From Alphaproteobacteria bacterium (lineage in GTDB: Bacteria > Pseudomonadota > Alphaproteobacteria > Reyranellales > Reyranellaceae): DNA of 64,000 nt. Position numbers and translations under genes: made by a program. Below the pieces are notes generated by a model. It did not search any database. It was not told the origin of the DNA and saw nothing but the letters and a program-made list of their open reading frames with translations. The stretch lies in contig JAHCJT010000001.1 of assembly GCA_026126245.1 (NCBI GenBank), forward strand, positions 11,511-75,510, written 5' to 3'. Below are positions 17,647 through 27,643 of the stretch, in pieces (position 1 is the first letter of the stretch; each line of letters starts with the position of its first letter).

Positions 17647-18777
17647 ATGCGGTTCAGTTTCACGAGCGAGCAGGAGGAGTTCCGCACCATGTTGCGGCGC
17701 CTGCTGGACGCCAGGTCACCGGCTACGGAGGTCCGCCGCCTGATGGCGACGGACTCCGGCTGGGAGCGCGCCGGCTGGCAGAAGCTCAATCGCGAACTGG
17801 GCCTCACCGCGATACATGTCCCTGAGGCCTATGGCGGTCAGGGATTCGGCTTCTCGGAGCTTGGCATCGTGCTGGAGGAGATGGGCCGCAGTCTGCTGTG
17901 CGCACCGTTCTTTTCGACCGCGGCGCTGGCGACGAACGCCATCCTCAATGCCGGGACCGACGACCAGAAGAAGGCACTGCTGCCGCCGATCGCGGCCGGT
18001 GATATCACGGCGACCCTTGCGTTCTCGGAAGACGATGGTCGCAATGACGCCGCCGGCGTCACCATGGTCGCCACGCCATCCGGCAGCGGCCATCGACTGA
18101 CTGGCGTCAAGAGCTTCGTGCTCGACGGCCACACTGCCGATCTGATCGTCGTGCTCGCCCGCAGCCCCGGATCGAGCGGCGAGAGCGGCCTGTCGTTCTA
18201 TACGGTGGCCGGCAACGCCCAGGGCCTGCAGCGGCGTCGGCTCAAGACGATGGATGAGACCCGCAAGCTGGCCCGGCTGCAGTTCGATGGCGTCGAGGCC
18301 CAGCTGCTTGGCGAAGCCGGCGCCGCGGCGGCGCCTTTCGCGAGGACCATGCAACAGGCGGCGATCCTGCTGGCCAACGAGCTGGTGGGCTGTGCGGAGA
18401 AGCTGCGCGAATCGTCGCTCGACTACGCCAAGATGCGCATGCAGTTCGGTCGCTCGATCGCCTCGTTCCAGGCGACCAAGCACAAGGCCGCCGACATGCT
18501 GGTCGACGTCGAGCTGGCAAAATCGGCCGCCTACTATGCTGCCGCAGCGCTGGACGATGGCGACGACGACCTGCCGGCGATTGCGTCGCTGGCCAAGGCC
18601 TGCGCCGCCGAGGCGGGCTTGCAGACGGCCATCCACGCCGTCCAGCTGCATGGCGGTATCGGCTTCACGTGGGACAATGACACGCATCTCTGGTTCAAGC
18701 GGGCAAAGAGCTCGGAGGTTCTGTTGGGCGATGCCAATTACCACCGCGAGCTGATGATGCAGCGCTGGGCGAACTAG
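17647..18777 (+). CDS. Acyl-CoA dehydrogenase (short, probably non-catalytic subunit of a heteromeric pair)
   Basis: PEAYGGQG, LEEMGR, RMQFGRSIASFQATKH, QLHGGIGFTW. Confidence 0.93.
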   Translation: MRFSFTSEQEEFRTMLRRLLDARSPATEVRRLMATDSGWERAGWQKLNRELGLTAIHVPEAYGGQGFGFSELGIVLEEMGRSLLCAPFFSTAALATNAILNAGTDDQKKALLPPIAAGDITATLAFSEDDGRNDAAGVTMVATPSGSGHRLTGVKSFVLDGHTADLIVVLARSPGSSGESGLSFYTVAGNAQGLQRRRLKTMDETRKLARLQFDGVEAQLLGEAGAAAAPFARTMQQAAILLANELVGCAEKLRESSLDYAKMRMQFGRSIASFQATKHKAADMLVDVELAKSAAYYAAAALDDGDDDLPAIASLAKACAAEAGLQTAIHAVQLHGGIGFTWDNDTHLWFKRAKSSEVLLGDANYHRELMMQRWAN

Positions 18778-18791
18778 GAAGGAAACGAAAG

Positions 18792-20051
18792 ATGGACGAG
18801 TCACTGGCAAACACGGTCCGTGCCGAAGCGCGGGCGTGGCTCGAAGCCAACTGGAACCCCGAGCTCGGGCTGGTCGAGTGGCGCAACAAGCTGGCAGATT
18901 CCGGCTGGGGCGTGCCGCACTGGCCCAAGCAATGGTACGGCCGCGATCTTCCGGTGGCGCTGGTGCCCGTTGTGGAAGAGGAATTCGCGCGCCTCGGCGC
19001 CGTCGGAGTCGCGAAGGCCGGCATCCGCACCCTCGCCGCCGCCACCATCCTGGCGCACGGCACGGACTTCCATAAGGAGAAGTATCTGCGCCGTATCTTG
19101 ACCGGCGAGGACACCTGGTGCCAGCTGTTCAGCGAGCCCGGCAGCGGCTCCGACCTGGCCGGTGCCGTCACGCGGGCCGACTTCAAGGGCAACAAGTGGG
19201 TGATCAACGGCCAGAAGGTGTGGACCACCAGCGCGCACCGCGCGCAGTGGGGCTTGCTGCTGGCGCGCGCCAACTGGGACGTCGCCAAGCACAAGGGCCT
19301 GGCCTATTTCATCCTCGACATGAAGCAGCCCGGCGTGCAGGTGCATCCGCTTCGGCAGATGAACGGCCATGCGTCGTTTAACCAGGTGTTCTTCACCGAC
19401 GCGATCGTCGAGCCGGAATTCCTCATGGCCGAGGTCGGCGACGGCTGGAAAGTCGCGACCACGACCCTCATGCACGAGCGTCGCGGCGCCGACGGGCTGC
19501 GGTCATGGGCGACCGCGACCAACCTCAAGGGTCGCATTTACGACGAAGAGCGGGCCGAAGTCGCGACCACGATGGAGCCCTACAAGTGGTATCCGCAGCG
19601 CGCCGGCCGCGTCGACCTCGTGCTCGAGCGGGCCAGGGCGACGGGCAAGATCAATGATCCTGTGGTGCGGCAGGAAATCGCCAAACTGCTGATCATGTCG
19701 AAAGCCGCCGAGTGGACCGCCCGCCGGGCACGCGCCGCGCAGGAACAGGGACGTCCCCAGGGACCCGAAGGGTCGCTCGGCAAGCTGGTGGCCAGCCACG
19801 TGGCGCGAGCGGCGGCGCGGATACACACCCATATTTCCGGGGCCGATGCGCTGCTGAGTGGCGAAGACGGGCCAATGAACGGGGTGATCCCCGAGATCCT
19901 GGTGTCGGTACCAGCGGTGTCGATCGCCGGCGGCACCGACGAGATCCAGCGCAACATCATCGCTGAGCGGGTGCTGCGCATGCCGAAGGAGCCCAGCGTC
20001 GACACGGACAAACCGTTCCGCGACGTGCCGCGCAATATCGTCTCGACCTGA
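18792..20051 (+). CDS. Acyl-CoA dehydrogenase (probable catalytic subunit of heteromeric pair)
   Basis: WCQLFSEPGSGSDLA, NGQKVWT, TTLMHER, SIAGGTDEIQRNIIAERVL. Confidence 0.93.
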   Translation: MDESLANTVRAEARAWLEANWNPELGLVEWRNKLADSGWGVPHWPKQWYGRDLPVALVPVVEEEFARLGAVGVAKAGIRTLAAATILAHGTDFHKEKYLRRILTGEDTWCQLFSEPGSGSDLAGAVTRADFKGNKWVINGQKVWTTSAHRAQWGLLLARANWDVAKHKGLAYFILDMKQPGVQVHPLRQMNGHASFNQVFFTDAIVEPEFLMAEVGDGWKVATTTLMHERRGADGLRSWATATNLKGRIYDEERAEVATTMEPYKWYPQRAGRVDLVLERARATGKINDPVVRQEIAKLLIMSKAAEWTARRARAAQEQGRPQGPEGSLGKLVASHVARAAARIHTHISGADALLSGEDGPMNGVIPEILVSVPAVSIAGGTDEIQRNIIAERVLRMPKEPSVDTDKPFRDVPRNIVST

Positions 20052-20199
20052 GTTACCGGCCGGGAATGTTCGTGGCCGGATGACAGGAGCCAGCCGGCAA
20101 AGCCACTGGGCTTCGCCGGCTACATTTCAAGAGACGTCAAAGTCCCGATCGACGGCCACGTCTCGCCGCCGAGGGCTGCGCGTCGCCGAAGGACTCGCT

Positions 20200-20547
20200 T
20201 CAGAACGTCGTCTTGCCGCGGATCGAGATCGCGATATGGGAGAACGACGAGCCCGGCGTTGCGCCGTGCCAGTGCTTCTCGCCGGCCGGGATCACCACAA
20301 AGGTACCCGGCGTGATGCGGATCTCTTCCTTTTCCGTCGCGATGATGCCCTCGCCGGCCGTGACGTAGAGGACCTGGTCGAAATCGTGCGTATGGAAGAC
20401 GTTGACGGCGCCCTCGTCGAAATTGATCAGATTTGTGCGCAGGGCGCTGTCGTCGGAGTCGAGGACGGACTGAACCGTGACGCGCCCCTTAAACAGGCCG
20501 CCGCCACGCTCCTTGGCCTCGATGTCGCTGGTCTTCAGGACCTTCAT
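20200..20547 (-). CDS. Cupin-domain protein
   Basis: HTHDFDQVLYVTAGEG, IPAGEKHWHGA. Confidence 0.9.
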   Translation of the reverse strand: MKVLKTSDIEAKERGGGLFKGRVTVQSVLDSDDSALRTNLINFDEGAVNVFHTHDFDQVLYVTAGEGIIATEKEEIRITPGTFVVIPAGEKHWHGATPGSSFSHIAISIRGKTTF

Positions 20548-20642
20548 GTTCGGCTCCCTCTCGATACGTCAACCTGGTTGCTGCGCCCACCACGCCCGGG
20601 ACCAGCTCGATCCCCGGTCCCGGGTCTATGGCTGCGTGGCCG

Positions 20643-21575
20643 TTACGTCCGTGCGTACTTGCCAGTCAGCTGCGGGGTGTGGGCGCCCTCGCCACCCTTC
20701 TGCTTGTGCTGCAGACGCGTGGTGCGAGCCCAGGTCCGCTTCAGTGCGTCCTGCACGGTGATGTGCAGGGTGCCCACCTTCTCGACGGTCAACTCAATCC
20801 TGTCACCGTCCATGAAGGCGTTCAACCCGCCGTGATTGGTGCCGGTGGCCAGGATGTCGCCCGGTTCCAGGGTGTGAATCGAGCTCACCCATTCGATGCA
20901 CCGCGGAATCTGGTGCGCCATGTCGGACGTGTTGAACTTCTGCATCACCTGGCCGCTGTTCTTCAGGGTGACGTTGAGATTCTGCGGATCGGCGATCTCG
21001 TCGGCGGTCACGATGCAGGGCCCGATCGGCGCGAACGTGTCGCGCGACTTCATCTGGAAAAAGACGTTGCCCGGCGGCGGCAGGCCGCGCGCCGAGCCGT
21101 CGATGAAACAGGTGTAGCCGAACACATGCTTCATGGCGTCGGCTTGCGAGACGCGCGTGGCACGCTTGCCGATCACCAGCGCCAGTTCGGCCTCCCCCTC
21201 GAAGATGCTGGCCGGCACGTCAGGTAGCACCATGTTGTCGCCGTCGCCGATCACCGCCGTGCCCGCCTTGTGGAAGGCGTTGATCTGCGGCTTCTCGGTC
21301 AGCGTACCGTCCTCCATGTAGTTGACGGCCATGCACACGATGTTGCCCGGCTTGGGCAGCGGCGGGCGCAGCCTGACGTCCTTGAGCGGCACGCCCTTGC
21401 CGGCGGCCGCTGCGCCGCCGAGCTTGGCGCGATAGGAGTCGAAGTGTTCGATCAGGCCGTTGATCAGGTCATGCGGGCCGATATGCGGGATGTCCTTTAC
21501 GACGTCCGTCACGTCGACGACCGCGTCGCCCTTGAGAACGCCCAGACGGAAATCGTTGAAATAGACCAGCTTCAC
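20643..21575 (-). CDS. Fumarylacetoacetate hydrolase family protein
   Basis: GTG start overlapping upstream stop (GTGA); CMAVNY, EGEAELALVIGK, DGSAR, KSRDTFAPIGP, LEPGDILATGT. Confidence 0.93.
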   Translation of the reverse strand: MKLVYFNDFRLGVLKGDAVVDVTDVVKDIPHIGPHDLINGLIEHFDSYRAKLGGAAAAGKGVPLKDVRLRPPLPKPGNIVCMAVNYMEDGTLTEKPQINAFHKAGTAVIGDGDNMVLPDVPASIFEGEAELALVIGKRATRVSQADAMKHVFGYTCFIDGSARGLPPPGNVFFQMKSRDTFAPIGPCIVTADEIADPQNLNVTLKNSGQVMQKFNTSDMAHQIPRCIEWVSSIHTLEPGDILATGTNHGGLNAFMDGDRIELTVEKVGTLHITVQDALKRTWARTTRLQHKQKGGEGAHTPQLTGKYART

Positions 21576-21904
21576 TTTTTCTCTCCCTCGTCGAGGACTT
21601 CCTTGGCGACATTGGCTCCCGACATCGCGGTGGGCCAACCGGAGTAGAAAGCCAGATGGGTGATCATTTCGATCAGCTCGTCCTTCTTCACGCCGTTGTT
21701 GATGGCGCGGACTAGGTGGCCGCGCAGCTGCTCGGTCCGGTTCATCGCCACCAGGGCGGCACACGTGATCAGGCTGCGGTCGCGCTTGGACAGTCCGGGA
21801 CGCTCCCAGACGTCGCCGAACAGCACGTTGTCCGTCAGATCGATCAGCTTGGGTGCAAACGACCGCAGGCGGTCGCGCGGATTGGGTGCGGGCGGATTGG
21901 GCAT
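21572..21904 (-). CDS. Carboxymuconolactone decarboxylase family protein
   Basis: LFGDVWERPGLSKRDRSLIT, HLAFYSGWP. Confidence 0.92.
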   Translation of the reverse strand: MPNPPAPNPRDRLRSFAPKLIDLTDNVLFGDVWERPGLSKRDRSLITCAALVAMNRTEQLRGHLVRAINNGVKKDELIEMITHLAFYSGWPTAMSGANVAKEVLDEGEKK

Positions 21905-22120
21905 GCTTCTCTCCCTTGCAAGCCGGCGGGCCGGCGGTGGCACAAGACCCTATTCTCTCTGGAAGCGTCGGGACAGGCAGTCGGCTCACGGCCCGGGCTG
22001 GCGCGGGGATGGGCGGTCGGCCTCTGCGCCCCCAATTGCAGGTGTCCGTCGCGGCCTCGGGTGACAGTGCCTGACCTGGCGGTCGGCGGCGACCTGACCA
22101 GTAGAAATGCGGGCCGCCGC

Positions 22121-23344
22121 CTAGCCGAGCGGCCCCATGAACGTCTGGTCGGCGTACGTATCGGGCAGCGGCTCCACGACCGACGGCCAGTCCTTGCCGA
22201 CCCTGCGGCGTAGTTCGACCGGCCGCGGCCTTCCATCCCAACCGATCCGCTCCATGTAGTAGTAGAGCATCAGGCAATGGCCGGCCGGGTCGAGGATATG
22301 CGCGGCATAGTCGACGCCGGGATAGAGCTCTGGCGGGATGGCATCGGTGAACCGCACCCCTTCCTTCTTCAGGAAGGACACCGCATCGCGCAACTGCTGA
22401 TAGCTGCCGACTTGAACGCCCATCGAGGCGCAACTCGTGTCCGGATTGAGACCCAGGTCGCCGCGCAGCGCCTTTGGCAGCAACGACAGCGCGTGATGTT
22501 CGCTGCCGTTGCGCAGGAAGACGCAGCGATGGCCCTTCCAGTGAACCGCCTCGGTGGCAATGAAGCCGAGCGTCTCGGTGTAGAACGCCTCCGACGCCCC
22601 GACATCGTTCACGAACAGGCTCATCGGGCCGATGCTGGTGATCTTGAATGGCCGCGGCAGCCGCACCCCGGCAACCACGTAGTCGCCCTCGCCGCGATCC
22701 TTGATGACGTTGCCGGCGTTGATGTCGATGCCCCTGGCCAAAGCATCGCGGACTTCCTGTTCCTCCGCGATCTGCGGCAGCTCGGGCGCCTCACGAAAGG
22801 CACGGTAGTACATCGACTCGGGCTTGCTGCGGCCGTCCCAGCCGATCTGCTCCATGCCGTAGTACAGCTCGATCGTGTGGCCGTCGGGATCGCGGATATA
22901 GGTGTGCCAGTTGCTGCCCGGCATGTCGCGACCGACCCGCCGAATCTCGACCTGCCGCTCGCGGAAGTAGTCGGCGGCAGAGAAGACCTCCTCCATCGTC
23001 CCGACCTGCCAGGTGATCTGGTTGACCGTGATGTCCCGCGACACCGCATCGTCACCGAAAATGGCGCCTAGGGTCTTGTGCGCTAGCAGAAACGCGTGGT
23101 GGTCGGTGTTGTGGCTCATGAAGACGATGCGCGGATCGTCGAGCCGCTTCGCCAGTTCCTCCCGGCCGGGAATTTTCGAGAAATCGCGTGTGTCGGTGAT
23201 GCGGAACCCGAGCAGTCGGGAATAGAAATCGACACCCTTCTGCAGGTCCGCGACATTGAAGCCGAAATGGCCCAACCGGCGGATCTTGAACGGCCGCGGA
23301 TAGCGCACACCGCCGACGTTGTAACCCGCGGACTGCGTTGCCAT
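22121..23344 (-). CDS. VOC family protein (extradiol dioxygenase-like, internally duplicated)
   Basis: LGHFGFNV, DHH, YIRDPDGHTIEL; second half repeats PRPFKI...IGWDGR. Confidence 0.9.
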   Translation of the reverse strand: MATQSAGYNVGGVRYPRPFKIRRLGHFGFNVADLQKGVDFYSRLLGFRITDTRDFSKIPGREELAKRLDDPRIVFMSHNTDHHAFLLAHKTLGAIFGDDAVSRDITVNQITWQVGTMEEVFSAADYFRERQVEIRRVGRDMPGSNWHTYIRDPDGHTIELYYGMEQIGWDGRSKPESMYYRAFREAPELPQIAEEQEVRDALARGIDINAGNVIKDRGEGDYVVAGVRLPRPFKITSIGPMSLFVNDVGASEAFYTETLGFIATEAVHWKGHRCVFLRNGSEHHALSLLPKALRGDLGLNPDTSCASMGVQVGSYQQLRDAVSFLKKEGVRFTDAIPPELYPGVDYAAHILDPAGHCLMLYYYMERIGWDGRPRPVELRRRVGKDWPSVVEPLPDTYADQTFMGPLG

Positions 23345-23715
23345 GATTTCCTCCATTCCCCTTCGGAGACGGCATTCATCCCGTCATCGCCGGCCGCTGC
23401 GGGCGACAAGGCTGCGGCGTGCCGGCGCCCCGCACAACCCATAAGCTGGCCTGCCCCGGCCCCTTCGACCGAGCCGAAAACAACCCTATAGGGTCGCCGA
23501 CGCCCGCCGAAGCCTGTCGACGGACATTCTGCCATGACGCCACCGCAAGCCAGCGGACGCCACCGCGACAGCCTGAGGTAGCCTGCCGACGCAGCCAAGC
23601 GCCCTCGCGCGCCGAACGCTTCGCGTCAGCACGATGGTGGCAGATGCCGTCGTAGACGCCACTACCGAGGGCCTGCACACTGCGCCACACCGCTATCGCG
23701 TGGCCGGGGAGCCTC

Positions 23716-24423
23716 ATGAAAGTTCTGATCGTTTTCGCCCATCCCGAACCGAAATCCTTCAACGGCGCACTGCTTGAAGCCGCCGTCGAGACACTGTCGG
23801 CCGGCGGCCATGACGTCCAGGTGAGCGATCTTTACAAGCTGCACTTTGCAAGCGGCACGACGCGCTCGGACTTCACCACCGTCGCCGATCCCGACTATCT
23901 GAAGTACCAGATCGAGGAAGCCAAGGCTTCGACCGAAAACGGATTTGCAACCGACATCGCCGAACAGCAGCGGCGCGTCGTCTGGTGCGACCATCTCATC
24001 CTGCTTTACCCGCTCTACTGGTTCCACCTGCCGGGCATCCTCAAGGGCTGGGTTGACCGGGTGATGGCCGCCGGCTTCGCGTACGGCGGCGGCAAGTGGT
24101 ACGAAACCGCGCCGCTCTACGGGAGACGCGCGCTGCTGGCCTTCACCATGGGCGCACCACAGGATCGTTGGGCCGACGATACGCTGTTCGGACCGCTCGA
24201 CGGCATCCTCAATCCGATCCGCTACGGCATTCTCAATTTCTGTGGCTTCGAGGCGCTGGAGCCGTTCGTCGTGTACGCCCCGGCGCGCATCACGGACGAC
24301 GCCCGACGCGCCTATCTGGACCGCTGGCGGGAGCGGCTTCTGGGTCTGGACCGCGAAACGCCCCTGCCCTTCCGCAGGGCCGCTGACTTTGGCGCCGGCC
24401 GCTATCGTGGGGCGGGGTCATAG
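23716..24423 (+). CDS. NAD(P)H:quinone oxidoreductase (flavodoxin-like fold)
   Basis: AHPEPKSFN, SDLY, PLYWFHLPGILKGWVDRV, GFAYG. Confidence 0.93.
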   Translation: MKVLIVFAHPEPKSFNGALLEAAVETLSAGGHDVQVSDLYKLHFASGTTRSDFTTVADPDYLKYQIEEAKASTENGFATDIAEQQRRVVWCDHLILLYPLYWFHLPGILKGWVDRVMAAGFAYGGGKWYETAPLYGRRALLAFTMGAPQDRWADDTLFGPLDGILNPIRYGILNFCGFEALEPFVVYAPARITDDARRAYLDRWRERLLGLDRETPLPFRRAADFGAGRYRGAGS

Positions 24424-24553
24424 CCGGCCCCGCCGGCTGAACGGACAGGCGTCGGCGACATCGCCAGGCAAATCCAGGTGACGGGCCCCTGTCGCGGTCC
24501 GCCGCCGGACCTGACATCCTCGCGCGCGAGGCGGCTCTATCCAGGAGGCGAGC

Positions 24554-25789
24554 ATGACGATCGATTTCGTGATCCCCGACGACGCCAAGGCGGTGCGCGA
24601 GCGTGTGCGGCGATGGGTGCAGGACGAATGCCTTCCCGCCGAGCAGCGTCTCCTGAACGGCGAGGACTACAAGACGGTCCTGGCCGAGCTGCGCACCAAG
24701 GCGCGCGCCCAGGGCCTTTGGTGTCCGTTCATTCCCAAGGAATACGGCGGCATGGGACTGGGTCCGCTGGCCAACGCGCTTGTGCAGATGGAACTGGGCC
24801 AGAGCCACCTCGGGGCGTTGTCGATGAACACCCAAGGGCCCGACGACGCCACGATGCTGACTCTGCTCGAGCATGGCACGCCGCAGCAGAAGGAGAAGTT
24901 CCTCAAGCCGCTGCTGAACGGCGAAAAGCGCATCTGCTACTCGATGACCGAGAAGGCCGCCGGCGCCGACGCCACGGGCATGCGGACCAGGGCCGACAAG
25001 GTCGGCAACGAGAAATACCTGCTGAACGGCGAAAAGTGGTTCTCGTCGGCGGCGAGCGTCGCCGACATCGCGCTGGTGATGGCCCGGACCGACCCCGACG
25101 CACCGCGTCACCGACAGTTCTCCACCTTTCTCGTGGAACTGCCCAATCCCGGCTACCGCATCAAGCGCAACATCCCGACCATGGCGGTCGAGGGGCCGCT
25201 GGCCCACATCATGGGCGGCGGGCACGCCGAGATCGAGATCAAGGATCTCGAAGTGCCGGCAGAGAACCTGCTGGGCGGCGAAGGCAACGGCTTCAGCATG
25301 GGCCAGCATCGCCTGGCCTACGGACGGCTGCGGCACGGCATGCACAACGTGGCGATGGCCCAGCGTGCGCTCGACATGGCGACCAAGCACATCACCAGCC
25401 GCTCCACCTTCGGCACGAAGCTCGATGAGCGCCAGGCGGTGCAGTTCATGCTCGCCGAATGCGCCAGCCAGCTCTACATCGCGCGGCTGATGCTGCTGCA
25501 CATCGCCTACAAGGCCGAGAACAAGCTGGACATCCGCCAGGAGAACGGCATCGCCAAGGTGTTCCTAGCCAACATGGTGCACAAGGTGGTCGATACCGCC
25601 ATCCAGCTGCATGGCGCGCTGGGCTACTCCCAGGACACGCCGCTGGCGGCGTGGTACACGCGCATCCGCTCGCAGCGTCTGGTCGACGGGCCGGACGAGG
25701 TTCACAAGTGGACGACCGGCCGCAACGTCATCAAGGCGTTCAAGGCGACCGGCACCACGGCCGGCGCCTGCGGCGGCGATCTGTTGTAG
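24554..25789 (+). CDS. Acyl-CoA dehydrogenase
   Basis: YSMTE, LNGEKWFSS, QHRLAYGRLRH, RLVDGPDEVH. Confidence 0.93.
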   Translation: MTIDFVIPDDAKAVRERVRRWVQDECLPAEQRLLNGEDYKTVLAELRTKARAQGLWCPFIPKEYGGMGLGPLANALVQMELGQSHLGALSMNTQGPDDATMLTLLEHGTPQQKEKFLKPLLNGEKRICYSMTEKAAGADATGMRTRADKVGNEKYLLNGEKWFSSAASVADIALVMARTDPDAPRHRQFSTFLVELPNPGYRIKRNIPTMAVEGPLAHIMGGGHAEIEIKDLEVPAENLLGGEGNGFSMGQHRLAYGRLRHGMHNVAMAQRALDMATKHITSRSTFGTKLDERQAVQFMLAECASQLYIARLMLLHIAYKAENKLDIRQENGIAKVFLANMVHKVVDTAIQLHGALGYSQDTPLAAWYTRIRSQRLVDGPDEVHKWTTGRNVIKAFKATGTTAGACGGDLL

Positions 25790-25881
25790 GGGACCACCGT
25801 CTGGTCGTCGCCTGAGGTGGCGACATTGGATGGTGCCGCAAAGGATCGCGGCACCATCGGCACCGCCGACCATTCGGTGTT

Positions 25882-26283
25882 GTGGCCGGGCGAAGGACGC
25901 GCGGGGACATTGCATTGAGGACCGCAGGCAAATCCCTTGGCTGGCTGGCAGTCGGAATCCTGCTGGGTATCGCCATCTGGCTGTTCTCGCCGTGGATCAC
26001 GGGCAGGATAGAACCCTGGGACAGCGACTTCCCGATCTGGCAGATCTCCTGGCTGGTGGTGGCTGTTCTGGGTAGCCTCGCCGGTCACGCGCGCGGCGTC
26101 TGCCTGCCGCTCGGCTACGCCCTCGGCCAGATGCTGGTCACCATCAAGTCGGCGTTTGTTGGCCAGTTCGGCGCATTGGGCTGGATGTTCATCGCCGGCT
26201 ACGCGGCGGCCGCCACGATCCTTACTCTGGTCATCGTCGCGGTGACCATGGTGTGGCGGCAGGTTCGGCGACCGCCCATCTGA
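25882..26283 (+). CDS. Hypothetical membrane protein (about 4 TM)
   Basis: Strongly hydrophobic ORF with ITGRIEPWD loop; start uncertain. Confidence 0.7.
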   Translation: MAGRRTRGDIALRTAGKSLGWLAVGILLGIAIWLFSPWITGRIEPWDSDFPIWQISWLVVAVLGSLAGHARGVCLPLGYALGQMLVTIKSAFVGQFGALGWMFIAGYAAAATILTLVIVAVTMVWRQVRRPPI

Positions 26284-26554
26284 TCCTGTAGCACGCCGCA
26301 AAAAGCATGGCCGGCGTCATGACGATGCGCGATTGGTTGCATTGGCGCGGAAGTCGCGCGCCGCGCCCCGGACCGCGACCATCACCGCCCTGCGGATGCG
26401 CCCACCGCCCGCGTTGCGCGATCCCGGTCGGTATGACCGCAATGCGGACCTGACGGTGTCGGCTTGCATCGCCCGCCACGTGCGGCTCCGGGCAATCCGG
26501 TATAAGTTTTAACCAAGGCCGTCGGCGCCGCAGCATCGCGCGGGAGGAAACGAC

Positions 26555-27412
26555 ATGGCACGCCACTTCGACATCGAACCGCTCGACGCCACGTTTGGCG
26601 CCGTGGTTCGCGGGATCAAGGTCGCGCACATCGACGACGCCACGTGGCGCGACTTGCACGCCGCCTGGCTGCAGTACGCCCTGCTGGTATTTCCCGACCA
26701 GCACCTCCAGCGCGACCAGCAGATCGCCTTCGCCAGACGCTTCGGACCGCTCGAATTCGAGATGGCGGCGATCAGCAACGTCAAGGCCGACGGCTCGTTG
26801 CGCCCCGAGGCCGACAACGACGACGTCATGAAGATTCTCAAGGGCAACATGGGCTGGCACGCCGATAGCACTTACATGCCGGTGCAGGCCAAGGGCGCGG
26901 TGTTCAGCGCCGAGGTCGTGCCCAGCATCGGCGGCCAGACCGGCTGGGCCGACATGCGCGCCGCCTACGATGCCCTTGATAATGCGCTGCGGGCCAAGGT
27001 CGAAGCCCTGTCGGCGTACCACTCGCTCTACTACAGCCAGTCCAAGCTCGGACACCAGCACAAGGAAGGCAGCGCCTACAGCGGCTACGGATTCCACGAC
27101 GGCCCGGTACCGCGGCGGCCGCTGGTCAAGATACACCCCGAAACCGGCCGCAAGTCGCTACTGATCGGTCGTCACGCCCACAACATCCCGGGCATGGATG
27201 CCGATGAGTCGGAACAGTTCCTGCAGGAGCTGGTCGACTTCGCGTGCCGGCCGCCGCGTGTCTATCACCACGACTGGACGCCGGGCGACGCAGTGGTGTG
27301 GGACAACCGCTGCCTGCTGCACCAGGCGACGCCCTGGGACATGACGCAGCCGCGGATCATGTGGCACAGCCGCATCGCCGGCGATCCAATTAGCGAAGCC
27401 GGCGTCGCCTGA
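26555..27412 (+). CDS. sdpA: TauD/TfdA family Fe(II)/2-oxoglutarate dioxygenase, SdpA-like
   Basis: WHADSTYMPV, GAVFSAEVVP, ADMRAAYDAL, YSQSKLGH, SLLIGRHAH, WDNRCLLH, MWHSR match my recollection of SdpA/AAD-12. Confidence 0.85.
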   Translation: MARHFDIEPLDATFGAVVRGIKVAHIDDATWRDLHAAWLQYALLVFPDQHLQRDQQIAFARRFGPLEFEMAAISNVKADGSLRPEADNDDVMKILKGNMGWHADSTYMPVQAKGAVFSAEVVPSIGGQTGWADMRAAYDALDNALRAKVEALSAYHSLYYSQSKLGHQHKEGSAYSGYGFHDGPVPRRPLVKIHPETGRKSLLIGRHAHNIPGMDADESEQFLQELVDFACRPPRVYHHDWTPGDAVVWDNRCLLHQATPWDMTQPRIMWHSRIAGDPISEAGVA

Positions 27413-27643
27413 GCAGCCGGCGGATATCGCGGCCGCGCTACCAGGCAAGGCGCGGCCGATGCCCTTGCCTGTATCCCACTATAGCCTCGACCGCCTTGGC
27501 GAGACCGGCAAGCGCCGCTGAGGTCACGGCGACATGTTCGGTACGGAGCGAATGTCAGGTGACAAGTTTGCGCTGGCCGACGCGCGGCATTGGCGAGCAG
27601 ATACCGCAAGAAAACTGGCCGCTTCCGGCCGACGGATGATGGG

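Noticed and set aside
23486-23600. Short direct repeat GACGCCACCGC (two copies) and ACCCTATAGGGT palindrome between divergent genes
   Set aside because: Short, GC-rich or single occurrence; cannot be distinguished from chance
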